Shown one piece after another: positions 40,536 through 51,602 of a stretch of DNA of 64,000 nt. Origin of the DNA: Octopus bimaculoides (taxonomy: Eukaryota); NCBI RefSeq assembly GCF_001194135.2, contig NC_068993.1, positions 62,324,461 to 62,388,460 of the forward strand, in the 5' to 3' direction. A model generated the notes under the pieces. It was given only the letters and a program-made list of their open reading frames with translations, was not told the origin of the DNA and made no database searches. A program made the translations under genes and the position numbers. Positions within the stretch are counted from its first letter, which is position 1. Each line of letters opens with the position of its first letter.

Positions 40536-40816
40536 GGGCATATGGCGTAGTGGTTAAGAGCGCGAGCTACTAACCCCAAGATTCCAAGTTCGATTCCAGG
40601 CAGTGACCTGAATAATAATAATAATAATAATAACATCGAAAAATACTTTAGGAATTAGAACCCAGGTTTGAAATTTCCCCAAGACACCTGATGAAGGTTG
40701 GAGGGTATATCAGCCGAAACGTTGTGTTAACAACAAACAAGATGAGGACAAATATCCGTCAAATGTAAATAACATAAATAGTGTACATAATTCCTCATCT
40801 CTTAAATATAGAACTG
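40536..40816 (+). mobile_element. tRNA-derived SINE, family C, copy 3 (full length, short AAT tract)
   Basis: A box TGGCGTAGTGG, B box AAGTTCGATTC, (AAT)7, hammerhead, and tail ending GAACTG. Confidence 0.92.
40683..40728 (+). ncRNA. Minimal type I hammerhead ribozyme (intact core, one G-U wobble in stem II)
   Basis: GACAC CUGAUGA A GGUUG gaggguauau CAGCC GAAA CG UU GUGUU. Confidence 0.75.
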
Positions 40817-41989
40817 TATTGTGCGATGAAGTTCACGATTTCCCATGCATTCATATATTTTGAGCAGTACTAGGATCTGAGGTTTTGGAACGATAACTGA
40901 CTTCAAGCCAGTTTAAATATTTCGTTTCCTCCAATTGCTTCCTCTGCCTCAGTCTGTCGGTTTCTCCGCTCTGTGCCACTCTCACTCTCTCCAAATTCCC
41001 AACTCTCTCTCTCTCTATCTCTCTCTCTGTCTGTCTCTCCCTCTCTCTCTCGGCGATACAAATCAATTCCCAAACGTTACCTTCGTTTATTCTCCATGGT
41101 GTATGAAGTTATCGAATTTCATTAACAATATATATTTCTGAAGTCTATCATGAAATATTGATAGTTAAAGGTTATGTTACATCCGTTAGCGTGTTTTACT
41201 AATTTCTTTTTTTTTTAAGGTAAAACACGCATATACATTCAGCACACACAATACATAGCTGTTCGGTTCAAACATATTGCGACGCTATATTTAATTTTAA
41301 CATAATTTACAGGCTGTCAAAGCGTACATTAAAAATATACACAAACATACACGCTCATACACTCACACACAATTTAACCTGATACAGAGACCTATTACGC
41401 TGAATTTTTCCGCTTGTCTGTTCCTCAGACGAGAATAAGATAGATTCAATCTATTAAACTATTACATTCTGCCACGTTACTGTATGCTTCGTCTCCTGTT
41501 CGTTCATATCAACACACACACACACACACACACACACATGTGTGTGTGTCTATATATAGATACATATATATGTATATATACATATATATATATACACACA
41601 CACACAAACACACATATATACACACACATATATACTTACAAATACATACATTTACTTACACATATGTATGTATGTATATATATATATATATATNNNNNNN
41701 NNNNNNNNNNNNNNNNNNNNNNNNNNNNNNNNNNNNNNNNNNNNNNNNNNNNNNNNNNNNNNNNNNNNNNNNNNNNNNNNNNNNNNNNNNNATATATATG
41801 TTTTATATTAGATAAAATCTTGCCGAAGTAATGGGAAATGAAATACAAAAGTGAACTACAAGTAACAACACTTCTCTCTTATACTTCGGTATTTTGGGAT
41901 TAGGGCCTCTTTATCAGGAGGGATGGGAGATGGAATAAAGCTATTATTGTTGCTTAGATATGTGGGGAAATGGTAACAAACAAGCGCAA

Positions 41990-42304
41990 ATTAGTAATGC
42001 TATAATAACCACTCCGCTTTGTGAAGCTCTTTTCTATTGTTAAATACAGGTTAATAAGGAAAGCCTCCTTATTTCGAAGGTTATCTCTGTTACGTTCTGT
42101 GATCTTGATGACGTCTTTAAAGTCCTGAGTCGGGTACAGCTGCAGATGTTTAGGGACTGATGGATTTATGAACCCGTGTTCTTTGATACAGTTGTGCAGT
42201 TTTGTAATGATGCTCACAATGCAGGATGCACTGCATCCGCTGCAAACTACCTCGTATACCAATGTAGACATCCGAGTACACATTTTAAGTTGTTGATGGG
42301 ACAA
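41990..42304 (-). pseudogene. Degenerate GIY-YIG endonuclease domain of the Penelope-like element
   Basis: The VY-x3-C-x2-C-x3-(YIG position) ... KEH ... KHL ... KEAFLI motif order matches PLE endonucleases from recalled family knowledge; no alignment was run. Confidence 0.75.
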
Positions 42305-42323
42305 CTGGAGAATACGCAGCCAA

Positions 42324-42695
42324 TTATTACCTCTACCATAGCGAAGGTTGAGGTATTGTTTTTAGTCATGTTTGTTTGTTTGTTTGTGGACAAGATGTCT
42401 CAAGAACCGCTTGATGAATTCGGATGATACTTTCAGGGATGCTTGGCCTCGTGATTGGTACAAACCGATTGGATTTTGGGATCGATCCGGTACCGAACAC
42501 GGATTCTGGATTATTTTTGCTGTGTTTTTGTTCCTTAATTTTTGAGAGCGGTTGGGTTCAATTTTAGTATTCTAGTTTGTGAGAGCAGTCGAGTTTATTT
42601 CAGATATTCTCATTTTAAAAATCATCACTGGCTGATCGTTGAGAGGATGTTGGTGTTTCTTTGGCGGAAGTTTGCGCTCTCTGAGTGCTCTCGTT
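42324..42695 (+). mobile_element. Helentron-type non-autonomous rolling-circle element (HINE/DINE-1-like), copy 2
   Basis: Starts TT-ACCTCTACCA, has a (GTTT)n microsatellite near the 5' end, a subterminal inverted repeat TTGGCGGAAGT and a 3' hairpin GCGCTC-TCT-GAGTGC. Homologous to 33347-33716. Splits the PLE ORF. Confidence 0.75.
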
Positions 42696-43966
42696 CTGCT
42701 TGTGGCGAGATTTCTGGACAAAAGGTTTCTTAAAGATGGATCATTTGTATGTTTAACCTCTCACTGCAAATTAAATGATAAACTGCAGCTGCGCTCCTAA
42801 AATCGGAGTAGAGTAGTTTTAAGAAGAAAGTGCCAGACTTGAGAGTATAGGCCTTCTTATGAAGTTCATTGATTTTGGCATTATGTACATGCTGTGGTTT
42901 GATGAATGATGGTGAGTAGCGGTTGGTTAGTAGGGTCTTGTAAAACCGTTCGTCACTGGCAGCTGTACCTGTCGCTTTACATGTGCGATTCCATTTCGTA
43001 TGCAGGCGGCAAAGGAAGGGACAGAAAATTGAAGCAGATCGAATGATTTTGGCTGTGCTAGGAGTACCGTAGAAATGGAATGTTGTGGGCAATCTACGCT
43101 GTCTTGACCTGGTGGCATCGTAAATATATGATAAATTATAGCGAACTGCAGAAAATAATTTTAACGCGGATAGAGGAGCAGCGGAACAAGAAGTACTAAG
43201 GCCGAAAGAAGAAACAAATAGTAAAAGAGAGTAACTGTTACATGGTTGGCATGTTTACATCAACTCACAATTTGGTGTGAAGGATGCATAGACAAAGAGG
43301 CTTTTTACAGTCTCAGCCAAAAGAACGCGGATGTTTCCAGGCAACAACAATGCTGTTCACAGCACAGCCGGAGGGGGAAATATTGTGGGACTGGTGCCAA
43401 AATTGTAGTTATATTCAGTTGACAGCTGACTAGCGAATAGGCCCGCAGTGCAAGCCGCCTGTAAGATAAAATGATTATATATATATATACATACATACGC
43501 ACACACATATATATGTATGCGTGTGTGAGTGCAGGTGTGTGTGTGTGTATGTGCGTGTACGTTCGTGTGTTATATCACAAAGACCTAGAGATAAACATTG
43601 GAACACATAAATACGCGTTACTTCAGATGTTGGCAAACGTACAGACACAGACACATAAGATTCCTGAATGCATAGGAATCTCTTGTTTTCATTATATTGT
43701 AAACATTAACCGCCATATTAGTTTGTACTTCCGGTCGACGCTTCGATTTTAAACATTTCAAAGGTACGTGCGCAGTGAATCATACACACGACTGACGTAT
43801 TATAGCTGTGTGAATGTGTCTTTGTATGAGTGTATGTGTGTGTGTGTAATACGTGTGCATATATGCACAAACGCGCGCGCGCTCGCACACGCAGACACAC
43901 AATACACACAAGCACGTGGCATAAACATATCTACACAGTAACATTTATGCGCGTGCGTTTTGGGGC

Positions 43967-44015
<49 letters not shown>

Positions 44016-44162
44016 TATGTGTGTAAGCTTTGTTAATAAGAAAAGATATATTCCGGATAGATTCTGGATCCGGTGAGTTTCATCGGTACACATGTGCCGA
44101 GGACAAAATTCTAAGTTGGTCAATCTAGAATTACAACGTATGTGTAGGTATGTATGTACGTT

Positions 44163-44385
44163 CAGTAATCCCTCGACTATCGCGGGTGTTACATTCCAAC
44201 CTCACTATCCACGATAGGTAAAAATCCGCGAAGTAGAAACAGTGCTGTATATTTTTTTTTAATTATTTACTATAATTTGTATATATATATTTTATTATAA
44301 ATACAAAACAGCGCCACAGAGGACTTGACGTAAGCTTAAAAAACAAAACGCGATAGGTGAACCGCGTTATGGCGGGGGGTTGCTG
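44163..44385. mobile_element. Tigger/pogo-type MITE
   Basis: TIRs CAGTAATCCCTCGACTATCGCGG / reverse complement CAGCAACCCCCCGCCATAACGCGG; TA after the right end. Confidence 0.7.
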
Positions 44386-44829
44386 TATATATGTATGTGC
44401 GCATGTAAGTGTGTGCGCGCGTGCATCTGTATGCGAGAGTCTTATTTATACATGTATAAAGAACGTATATAGACCATGCCGTGTTGTCTATTACGTTACA
44501 GAATTAGACGTCTGTCTATCGCTGTACAACAGATTTGAGGGCGAAAACAACCAAGGTCGAAGCCGTTTCTTCTGTCAGTGTAAATAGGTCGATGCGTCTA
44601 GAAAGTAAAATTATCCTTATGTAAAATATTTCAAGAGATAAAAAAGCAAGAATATAAAGCTCGAGGGTGATCGAATTTCACTAAGACTGAAGTCAATGAG
44701 TCTGTGTATATATATATAGCGTACCTCGTATAAAAGAATGAGATACGTAAATTTGTATCTACACACGCTTACAGTGCATGTATAGCGTTGTGAGATTCTA
44801 TACACAAGATCAACTATCAAGAATATATT

Positions 44830-44836
44830 CTATCTA

Positions 44837-44890
<54 letters not shown>

Positions 44891-44891
44891 C

Positions 44892-44951
<60 letters not shown>

Positions 44952-44970
44952 TTATATATCTATCTATCTC
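44830..44970. repeat. (TATC)n microsatellite
   Basis: Direct reading. Confidence 0.97.
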
Positions 44971-45693
44971 TCTATGTGAACAGGTGTGGTTGCCGTTTGT
45001 GAGGCGCGCTTTCCCGCAGCTCGTCTCCATGACCGAACTGCAGTCGTGAATCAAGAAGAGGCCGAGGAAGGGCGAATAGCACCGCGAGTGCCACTTTGCT
45101 CTCAAGCAACTATGCCGCCCTGGGTAGACCTTGAGCGACTGCAACACAACACAAGCATTCTATAGGGGATTAGTGGAGGGGAGGTACGACGACGATCTCG
45201 GAGCGAACCTGATTTTTTTTTTCTTTTTGCGTATTCGTAATCTCCGACATCTAAAACGTAGGAATAACTTTTCAAAAAATTGCATTTTTCAAGGAGAGGT
45301 GCGAAACTGCATTAGGCCCGGACCGCCCTTGGAGACATCGATGAAATGAAAATGGATGTAATGAATTGAGTAGGACAGCGAAAGCCTGTCTTTATTTATT
45401 TATTTATTATTTATTTTTTTCAAAGAGAATACGCCAGTTAGTTTAAAGGATGAAATAAGTCATCACTTATGATTCGGACCACGTTGATTCGTATTTTTAT
45501 ATAGAGAAAGCGATATTCTGTGAACATCTGTGTAATTTCAACGATCGATGTTAGTTAATAAAAGAAGTTATGTCTACTTGTGCATACATACATACATACA
45601 TACATACATACATACATACATACATACATACATACATACATGCATACATATATGCATACATAAGAAAATGTTACAACAAAAGCCGACATGAGG

Positions 45694-46293
45694 ATGAACA
45701 ATTTGCTTGTCCATAATAGACAAAACTGGACAGAGAATGAAATTGATATTCTGGTTAACGCCTGGCTGCTTTCCCAAGTTGGGGACACACACATATCATG
45801 TTTCAGGAACATAACTTCAAAAACTCTCCCACTGTTCAATATTCGATCAGAGAGATATACTGAAAGCAAATCAAGTCTCCAAAGTTTTTTTTTATTCTTT
45901 TTTTTTTCATCTCCTTGAAAACACGTGGAAAAATTCCAGTTAATACTCTCTTCTGCTACAACTGGAGCAACAGGTTGAATATCAACAACACCAACAACAG
46001 CAGCAGCAGATATTACTCTGGTTAATGTCTGGTTGGGTCTGTCCCAAGCCAGGAATACACAATGCAATGAATAATTTACATGTCTATAGACGTTACCAAA
46101 ACCAGATTGAAATTGATTTCTTGGCCAATGCCAGATTGAACGATTCCCAGTCTGAAGATACACACGCTTCATGTTCCAGCAACATTGTTCGATGTTCGAT
46201 CAGCGAGACAGACTAACAAGAAATTAAGTTTCGAAAGCTTTTGGTTTTGAAAAGTTCCACTTAATATTCTCTTCTGTTATAGCACGAGAGCAA
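45694..46293. repeat. Diverged direct repeat (period about 373 bp) with an extra partial copy
   Basis: 45694-45970 aligns by eye with 46067-46293; 46009-46061 repeats the GATATT-CTGGTTAA..TCCCAAG..ACACA segment. Confidence 0.75.
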
Positions 46294-46299
46294 AATTTA

Positions 46300-46618
46300 C
46301 TGGCGTTTCGTTGGATTCGACGATGAGGTTTCGAGTTGATCCAACCAACGGAACAGCCTACTCGTGAAATTAACGAGCAAGTGGCTGAATACTCCACAGA
46401 CTTGCATAGCCTTAATGTAGTTCTCAGGGAAATTCAGCGCAACACAGACTGTGACAAGGCTAGCCTTTCGAATTATAGGTACAGCTCATTTTTGTCAGTT
46501 GAGTAGATTAAAACAGCGAGAAATAAAGTGTTTTGCTCAAGGACACAACGCGTCGCTGGAAATCGAACTCACGACTTAATCGTAAGCCGAATACCCCAGC
46601 TACTGTACCGACGCGTCT
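46300..46618 (-). mobile_element. Family D SINE
   Basis: Reverse-complement match to 31994-32306. Confidence 0.8.
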
Positions 46619-46710
46619 GTACAGAACGACTACCAAGACGGGGGACAACAACTGCAGTGACCGCACCACACCAAAATTAAGCATGGACATGAATACACAC
46701 ATACACACAC

Positions 46711-46926
46711 ATTCTTTTCTACTCTAGGCACAAGGCCCAAATTTTGGGGAAGGGCGCCAGTCGATTATATCGACCCCAGTACAGAACCGGTACTTAATTT
46801 ATCCACCCTGAATGGATGAAAAGCAGAGTCGACCTCGACGGAATTTGAACTCAGAACGTAAAGACGGACGAAATACCGCTAAGCATTTTGCCCGGCATGC
46901 TAACGTTCCTACCAGCTCGCCACCTT
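46711..46926 (-). mobile_element. Family A SINE, full length
   Basis: ATTCTTTTCTACTCTAGGCACAAGGCCC..CCAGCTCGCCACCTT. Confidence 0.88.
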
Positions 46927-47090
46927 CACATACACATACCAATTATATGTATGAGCAGCTTGTCACATTCGGATACCTAGTGAATTCCGAATATGCACGC
47001 TTGTGCACCCAATACGCTCCTGATGATCTGAGTTCAGTCATAAGCACGTGACCCATTGCAGCGGAAGATCTCTCCTAAAATATTTATACA

Positions 47091-47583
47091 TACGTGGTCT
47101 GATCAATAAGTATCTGGACTGTTGCCATAGTAACGAAGCTAAAGCACGCAGAGTAAAGCTGCTTGGCATTTCCCTTCACAATTGCTCGCATATCTGCGAT
47201 GCTTTTCTCAGTTCTACTGGTTGCGCCTCTCCCAGAACGTTCGCCACTATCAACATTTTTCGGCCATCTTGGAAACGTCCGAACCACTCGTACGCTTGTG
47301 TGCGGCTCATACACTCCTCTCTAAATACTTTCTGCAACTTTGCGTAGGCCTCTGAGCAGGTATCTCCATGACAACTTTCTTTGTCATGGTCAGTGCAACG
47401 ATCACACGCTACACACGTTCATTCCAAGCATTGCTGCAAACAGCGGAAGTGAGCTAAAGCGTTAAAACTTAGTGCGCCTGCGCATCAGGGTTCAAGGTCT
47501 ATCTTTGTCAAGTTTCTTCACTCTGCATGCCTTAGCCTCATTACTATGGTGACAGTCCGGATACTTATTGATCAGACCTCGTA
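47091..47583 (-). mobile_element. Internally deleted mariner transposon with about 43-bp TIRs
   Basis: Left end TACGTGGTCTGATCAATAAGTATCTGGACTGTTGCCATAGTAA versus reverse complement of the right end TACGAGGTCTGATCAATAAGTATCCGGACTGTCACCATAGTAA, TA-flanked. The minus strand encodes the mariner N-terminal HTH (EAYAKLQKVFREECMSRTQAYEWF..F..GR..VDSGERSGR..TSRTE). Confidence 0.9.
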
Positions 47584-48939
47584 TATTTGTTTTTGCTTCG
47601 TTATATTATATTATGCCAAACATTTAGACTTGAACGTTGTGTTGGAGCATCACAAATCTTGTGTTTGTTTCTGTTGTAGGCTCACCGTTTCTGATGTGTT
47701 GACGACTGCACTGGTTTAGTATATTTCTTTATGATAATGCAAAGATTGATTTCAGTTGTGCACACTCTCATGCATACACATAATATTTAAACGATTATGT
47801 ATGTAATCGATTCCTTAAAACATGTTTCGACTGAAGCTACGTAAGAGCAACTTGCGAATGTTAAAGTTTGATTACTAGTTTTTTTTTTATATTAGTTTGA
47901 ACAGTTGTAGCTTGAAAGAGAAAACCGAAAGGAGAAGGGAAAGAAAATAAGGTGTGGGTGAGATAAATGGTAAAATAAAGAGAGTAGCGGTATAGTTAGG
48001 AAAGAGGAGGGAAAAGAGAGAGAAAGAAGGGGAGAGTAAAAGGGAGAAAGAAATAGAAAGGGAGAGAGACAAGAATTAGACGAGAGAAATTACGATATAA
48101 AATCGGAAGTGGTGGTGAGAGTATGAACGAGTAAAATAAGCTGGAAATGTGAGGAAGGCGGAGGAAAAAAAGTGAATGTTATGGGCGAGGAATCATCGGA
48201 GGGTGAAAGTGTAGAAGGAAGAGAGCGAGTGAGAGAGGGAGAGAGAGAAGTGAGGTGAGAGTGAGGGTGAGGGAGAAAGAGTTAGAGAAGAGTAGATGAG
48301 AGAAACAAGCGCTTAGATGAGAGAAGTGAGATCGGGAGGAAGCGTGAATAAAGAGATGAAGAAGGATAAAGAGATGAAGAAGGATGGGGGGGTGAATGAC
48401 AAATGTATTGAGAATTGGGGAAAATATTGTGTAAAAAGTGTTTTTAAAAGTGCGACATTTATAAATAATTAATTCATTAAGGCAAAATGATTTGAAATGT
48501 TGAAACGGTCGAAAATTAAAAGCAAAATTATCGGGTTATTCAGTTTAAAATAAAGATATCACCGACCAACGCAGATAACCCTTGTAACGGTGGTGCCACA
48601 GCATGGCCGCAGCTCTCGTGCTGTGACAAGTGAAAAAAGATCTTAAAATTTGTGGGTGCAAGGGAATGGTTATGGGAAGACGAAAAGAGAAGAGGGGACA
48701 AAATGGCGGAAAAGAAATTAAAAAAGGAGAACGCAATGAGGATTGAAGGTAGAAAAGGAGTGGAATGTAGGGGTGGGAGCACAGTGGAATGTGGGGTCAG
48801 GAGTCGACCACAGACTGTAACGAATGGTGGAAATGGAAAACTATTAAATGGAATAAGTGAAAACAAGCATAAATGGAATGTTATTTTAGAATTAAAATGG
48901 GAGCTGTGAAAATAAGGCATAAAGTGGTGCGTAATAATA

Positions 48940-49155
48940 GTTTCAAATTTTGGCACGAAGCCAGCAATTTTGGGTGAGTGGGAAAGTCAGTTACATCACC
49001 TACCCCTGTGCTCGAGTGGTACTTATTTTATCGACCCTGAAAGGATGAAAAGCAAAGTCGACCTCAGCGGCATTTGAACTCTAAACGCAAAGATGGATGA
49101 AATGCCGCTATGCGTCATGCCCAGTGGTGCTAACGATTCTGCCGGATCGCTGCTT
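48940..49155 (-). mobile_element. Family A SINE
   Basis: Family core ATCGACCCTGAAAGGATGAAAAGCAAAGTCGACCTC. Confidence 0.82.
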
Positions 49156-49540
49156 TGGTAATGCGTATTCATAAAATATGGTTTGTTGATATGAAGGATA
49201 AAGATGGGTTATGCAATTTCAAGATGTAAAGAACGTTCCAAAACACATTTAGTGTTTAAAATTTTGTTAATGTGTTTACAATTGTATTACAGACGGAGAG
49301 AAAATTATTTTTCTTTTCGTCTTTGTAGAGAAATGAGCGATTATTAAATTTAGGAAATGAGAAAACAAGGAGCTCTGCAACAGATAAAATTATGACCGTT
49401 AGCAAAATGAACTGCGATGCAACGAAAACCTTAATGGAATATTAGGTGAATAAACTAGACGAGGGAAGAGATAATGAGAAGAGTGGAGTTGCAAAGGTCC
49501 ATGACTCCAAAATATAAGAAAATATGGCACAAATCCAGCA

Positions 49541-49741
49541 TTAATTATGGCACAAGTCCAGCAAGTGCAGAAGAGGAGTTCAGTTAATTATATCCACCCC
49601 AGTACTCACGGGTACTTATTTTATTGAGTCCGAAAGGATGAAAGATAAAGTCGATCTCGACGGCATTTGAACGTAAAAACGGACGAAATGCCGCTAAGCA
49701 TTTTTCCCGGCGTGCTAACGATTCTGCAAGCTCACCGCCTT
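49541..49741 (-). mobile_element. Family A SINE
   Basis: CCCCAGTACTCACGGGTACTTATTTTATTGAGTCCGAAAGGATGAAAG..CTCACCGCCTT. Confidence 0.8.
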
Positions 49742-50462
49742 AAAAAAGATATACAACATATTGGTAACACAAAGGGTTAGCTTAAGTAGAAAAGGGAAGC
49801 AATCAAACAGAAGGATGGTTATAGCACGGATGATTTAAAATTGCAGCATGAACAAATAGGAAGATATGAGATGGGAAAATTCACTGAAATATTGGAGGAA
49901 TAACCAGAAGAAAGTCGTTAAGCTATTAGAACGGGCAAATAAAGCTTAAAATGATGTTAGATAAAGAGAGAAAGAGAGAGAGATGGGACGAGGGAGAGAG
50001 AGGGCGAGGGGGAGAGAGCGAGGGGGAGAGAGAGAGAGAAAGACGGTGGAGAGAAAAGAAGTATTTTAGCTGCTAGGTCTAGGATGAAAAAAGGGCAGTG
50101 TGTATAAGAGCTACTTGAGTAAATATTAGCGAGCAAGTGAAGTTAGGAATAATAGATAATTAATTATCACTGTGAATATATATGTATATGTAATGAGGTG
50201 AAGTTGAGAGAAGATGAGATCATATTAGGGGTAGAATACACGTCTGACATATTTATGTCTGGCGTTGTTCTTAACATACATCTTAATACGTATTTCCCTC
50301 CGATCCTAACACTATTTTGGTGAACTAATAAAGACATACATAGTACTTGCTTTGTAACATGCGTTGGTTTGCTCTCACGTACGATGCGATGAAATTTCTT
50401 GGTCAAATCGTAATGGAACGAAGGTTTACTCACGCACGCGCGCGCGCACTCATTTGTATATG

Positions 50463-50730
50463 GTGAGGGGCACGTGACCAAGTAGTTAGAGTGTTGCACT
50501 CACGGTCGCCAGATCGTGGGTACGATTCCCGTTGTTCCTGCCCACTCAGCCGTTAATGGGCCACCCTCCGACGGTCTAAGCTTCCAATCAAAGAGGTGGG
50601 GAATGTTGGCCTGTTCGCTCGGGCAGCGGAGTGGCATACTTCGAAATCTAAAACGATGCAAAGCGCATTATGACCAGCGATGTATAACAATATCCGGTTC
50701 TCTGGAGAATCAACCACACGATCACATGAT
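50463..50730 (+). mobile_element. tRNA-headed SINE, family F (single copy here)
   Basis: tRNA-like head GTGACCAAGTAGTTAGAGTG..GGTACGATTCCC followed by CCCACTCAGCCGTTAATGGG. Confidence 0.55.
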
Positions 50731-50771
50731 ATGTGTATTTATACATAAATAAATATATACATCACGTGAGA

Positions 50772-50808
<37 letters not shown>

Positions 50809-51602
50809 ATCACCATCGACAAATATGTTATCAAGTTACACGCACTAACCACAAAAGCTTAATACCTTTATAACGATCCTCATTTAGAAGACTTCAATGC
50901 ACTGAAGCTTCTTGGATTTCGAATCGCAAATGACAAAAGAGATAGAATATCGCAACTAAACACTCTGCATAAACTTTATAATCTACTTTAATACATACGT
51001 ACGCTTTACTAAGGAAACGAAGAAATGCATTTGTACAGATATAACCTTCAGCTTCACACACCCAGCGATCGATTATCACGAACACCTGGCAATTTATTAC
51101 CCAGCGTTCCTTGGAGCAACAACAAATTCTCATCACAAACGCAGCTGCACATCAATGTAGAAAAACAAACGTTTCGAAAATTCTAAAAACGCATAATGGA
51201 ATTAAGTTTCATCAAAACCAGAAAAATGTTTTCAGAAATAAGAAAAATAAACCCAGCACAAACGCCAGCTTAGACACTGCAGAATATACGTTCATCGATA
51301 AGTATAAACATACCTAAAAAAAAGAAAAACAGGAATTTCTACAAAGCAACACAGAAATACAACCTTAATTACTCATCAAAAATAATTATTTTCATTAAAC
51401 TTAGAGAAAGACTCCAAAACTACAAAATTTAGCCTCGAACAACAAAACAAGAGAGTTAAAAAGAAAAATCCCTGATTAAATACCTCAACATAAACCACAA
51501 ATACTATGAGGGATAATTAACTAAAGCAATTAAAAGCACATCGGCAATGTCACAGCCAGTATCCCAATAACAATACATCAAAGACAATGCCCGTAAGGTT
51601 AA

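Larger units (their letters stand above)
41874..43118 (-). mobile_element. Decayed Penelope-like retroelement, 3' part (RT thumb/linker + GIY-YIG endonuclease), interrupted by a HINE
   Basis: ORF 42730-43092 (..TLLTNRYSPSFIK..FLKLLYSDF..LNIQMIH, then SLRNLLSRNL in another frame) resembles the PLE thumb/linker. ORF 41954-42304 (LVYEVVCSGCSASC..LHNCIKEH..VPKHL..LRNKEAFLIN) resembles a PLE GIY-YIG domain with a degenerate YIG. A frameshifted CVFSSCPI..C linker lies between them. Confidence 0.8.

Noticed and set aside
45555-46172. 205-aa minus-strand ORF as a real CDS
   Set aside because: No recognisable domain, ends in a (TATG)n tract and crosses a poly-T run; better explained by the diverged repeat reported as a finding.
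47815-47860. Minus-strand CGAAACATGTT as a hammerhead 3' half
   Set aside because: No CUGANGA upstream.
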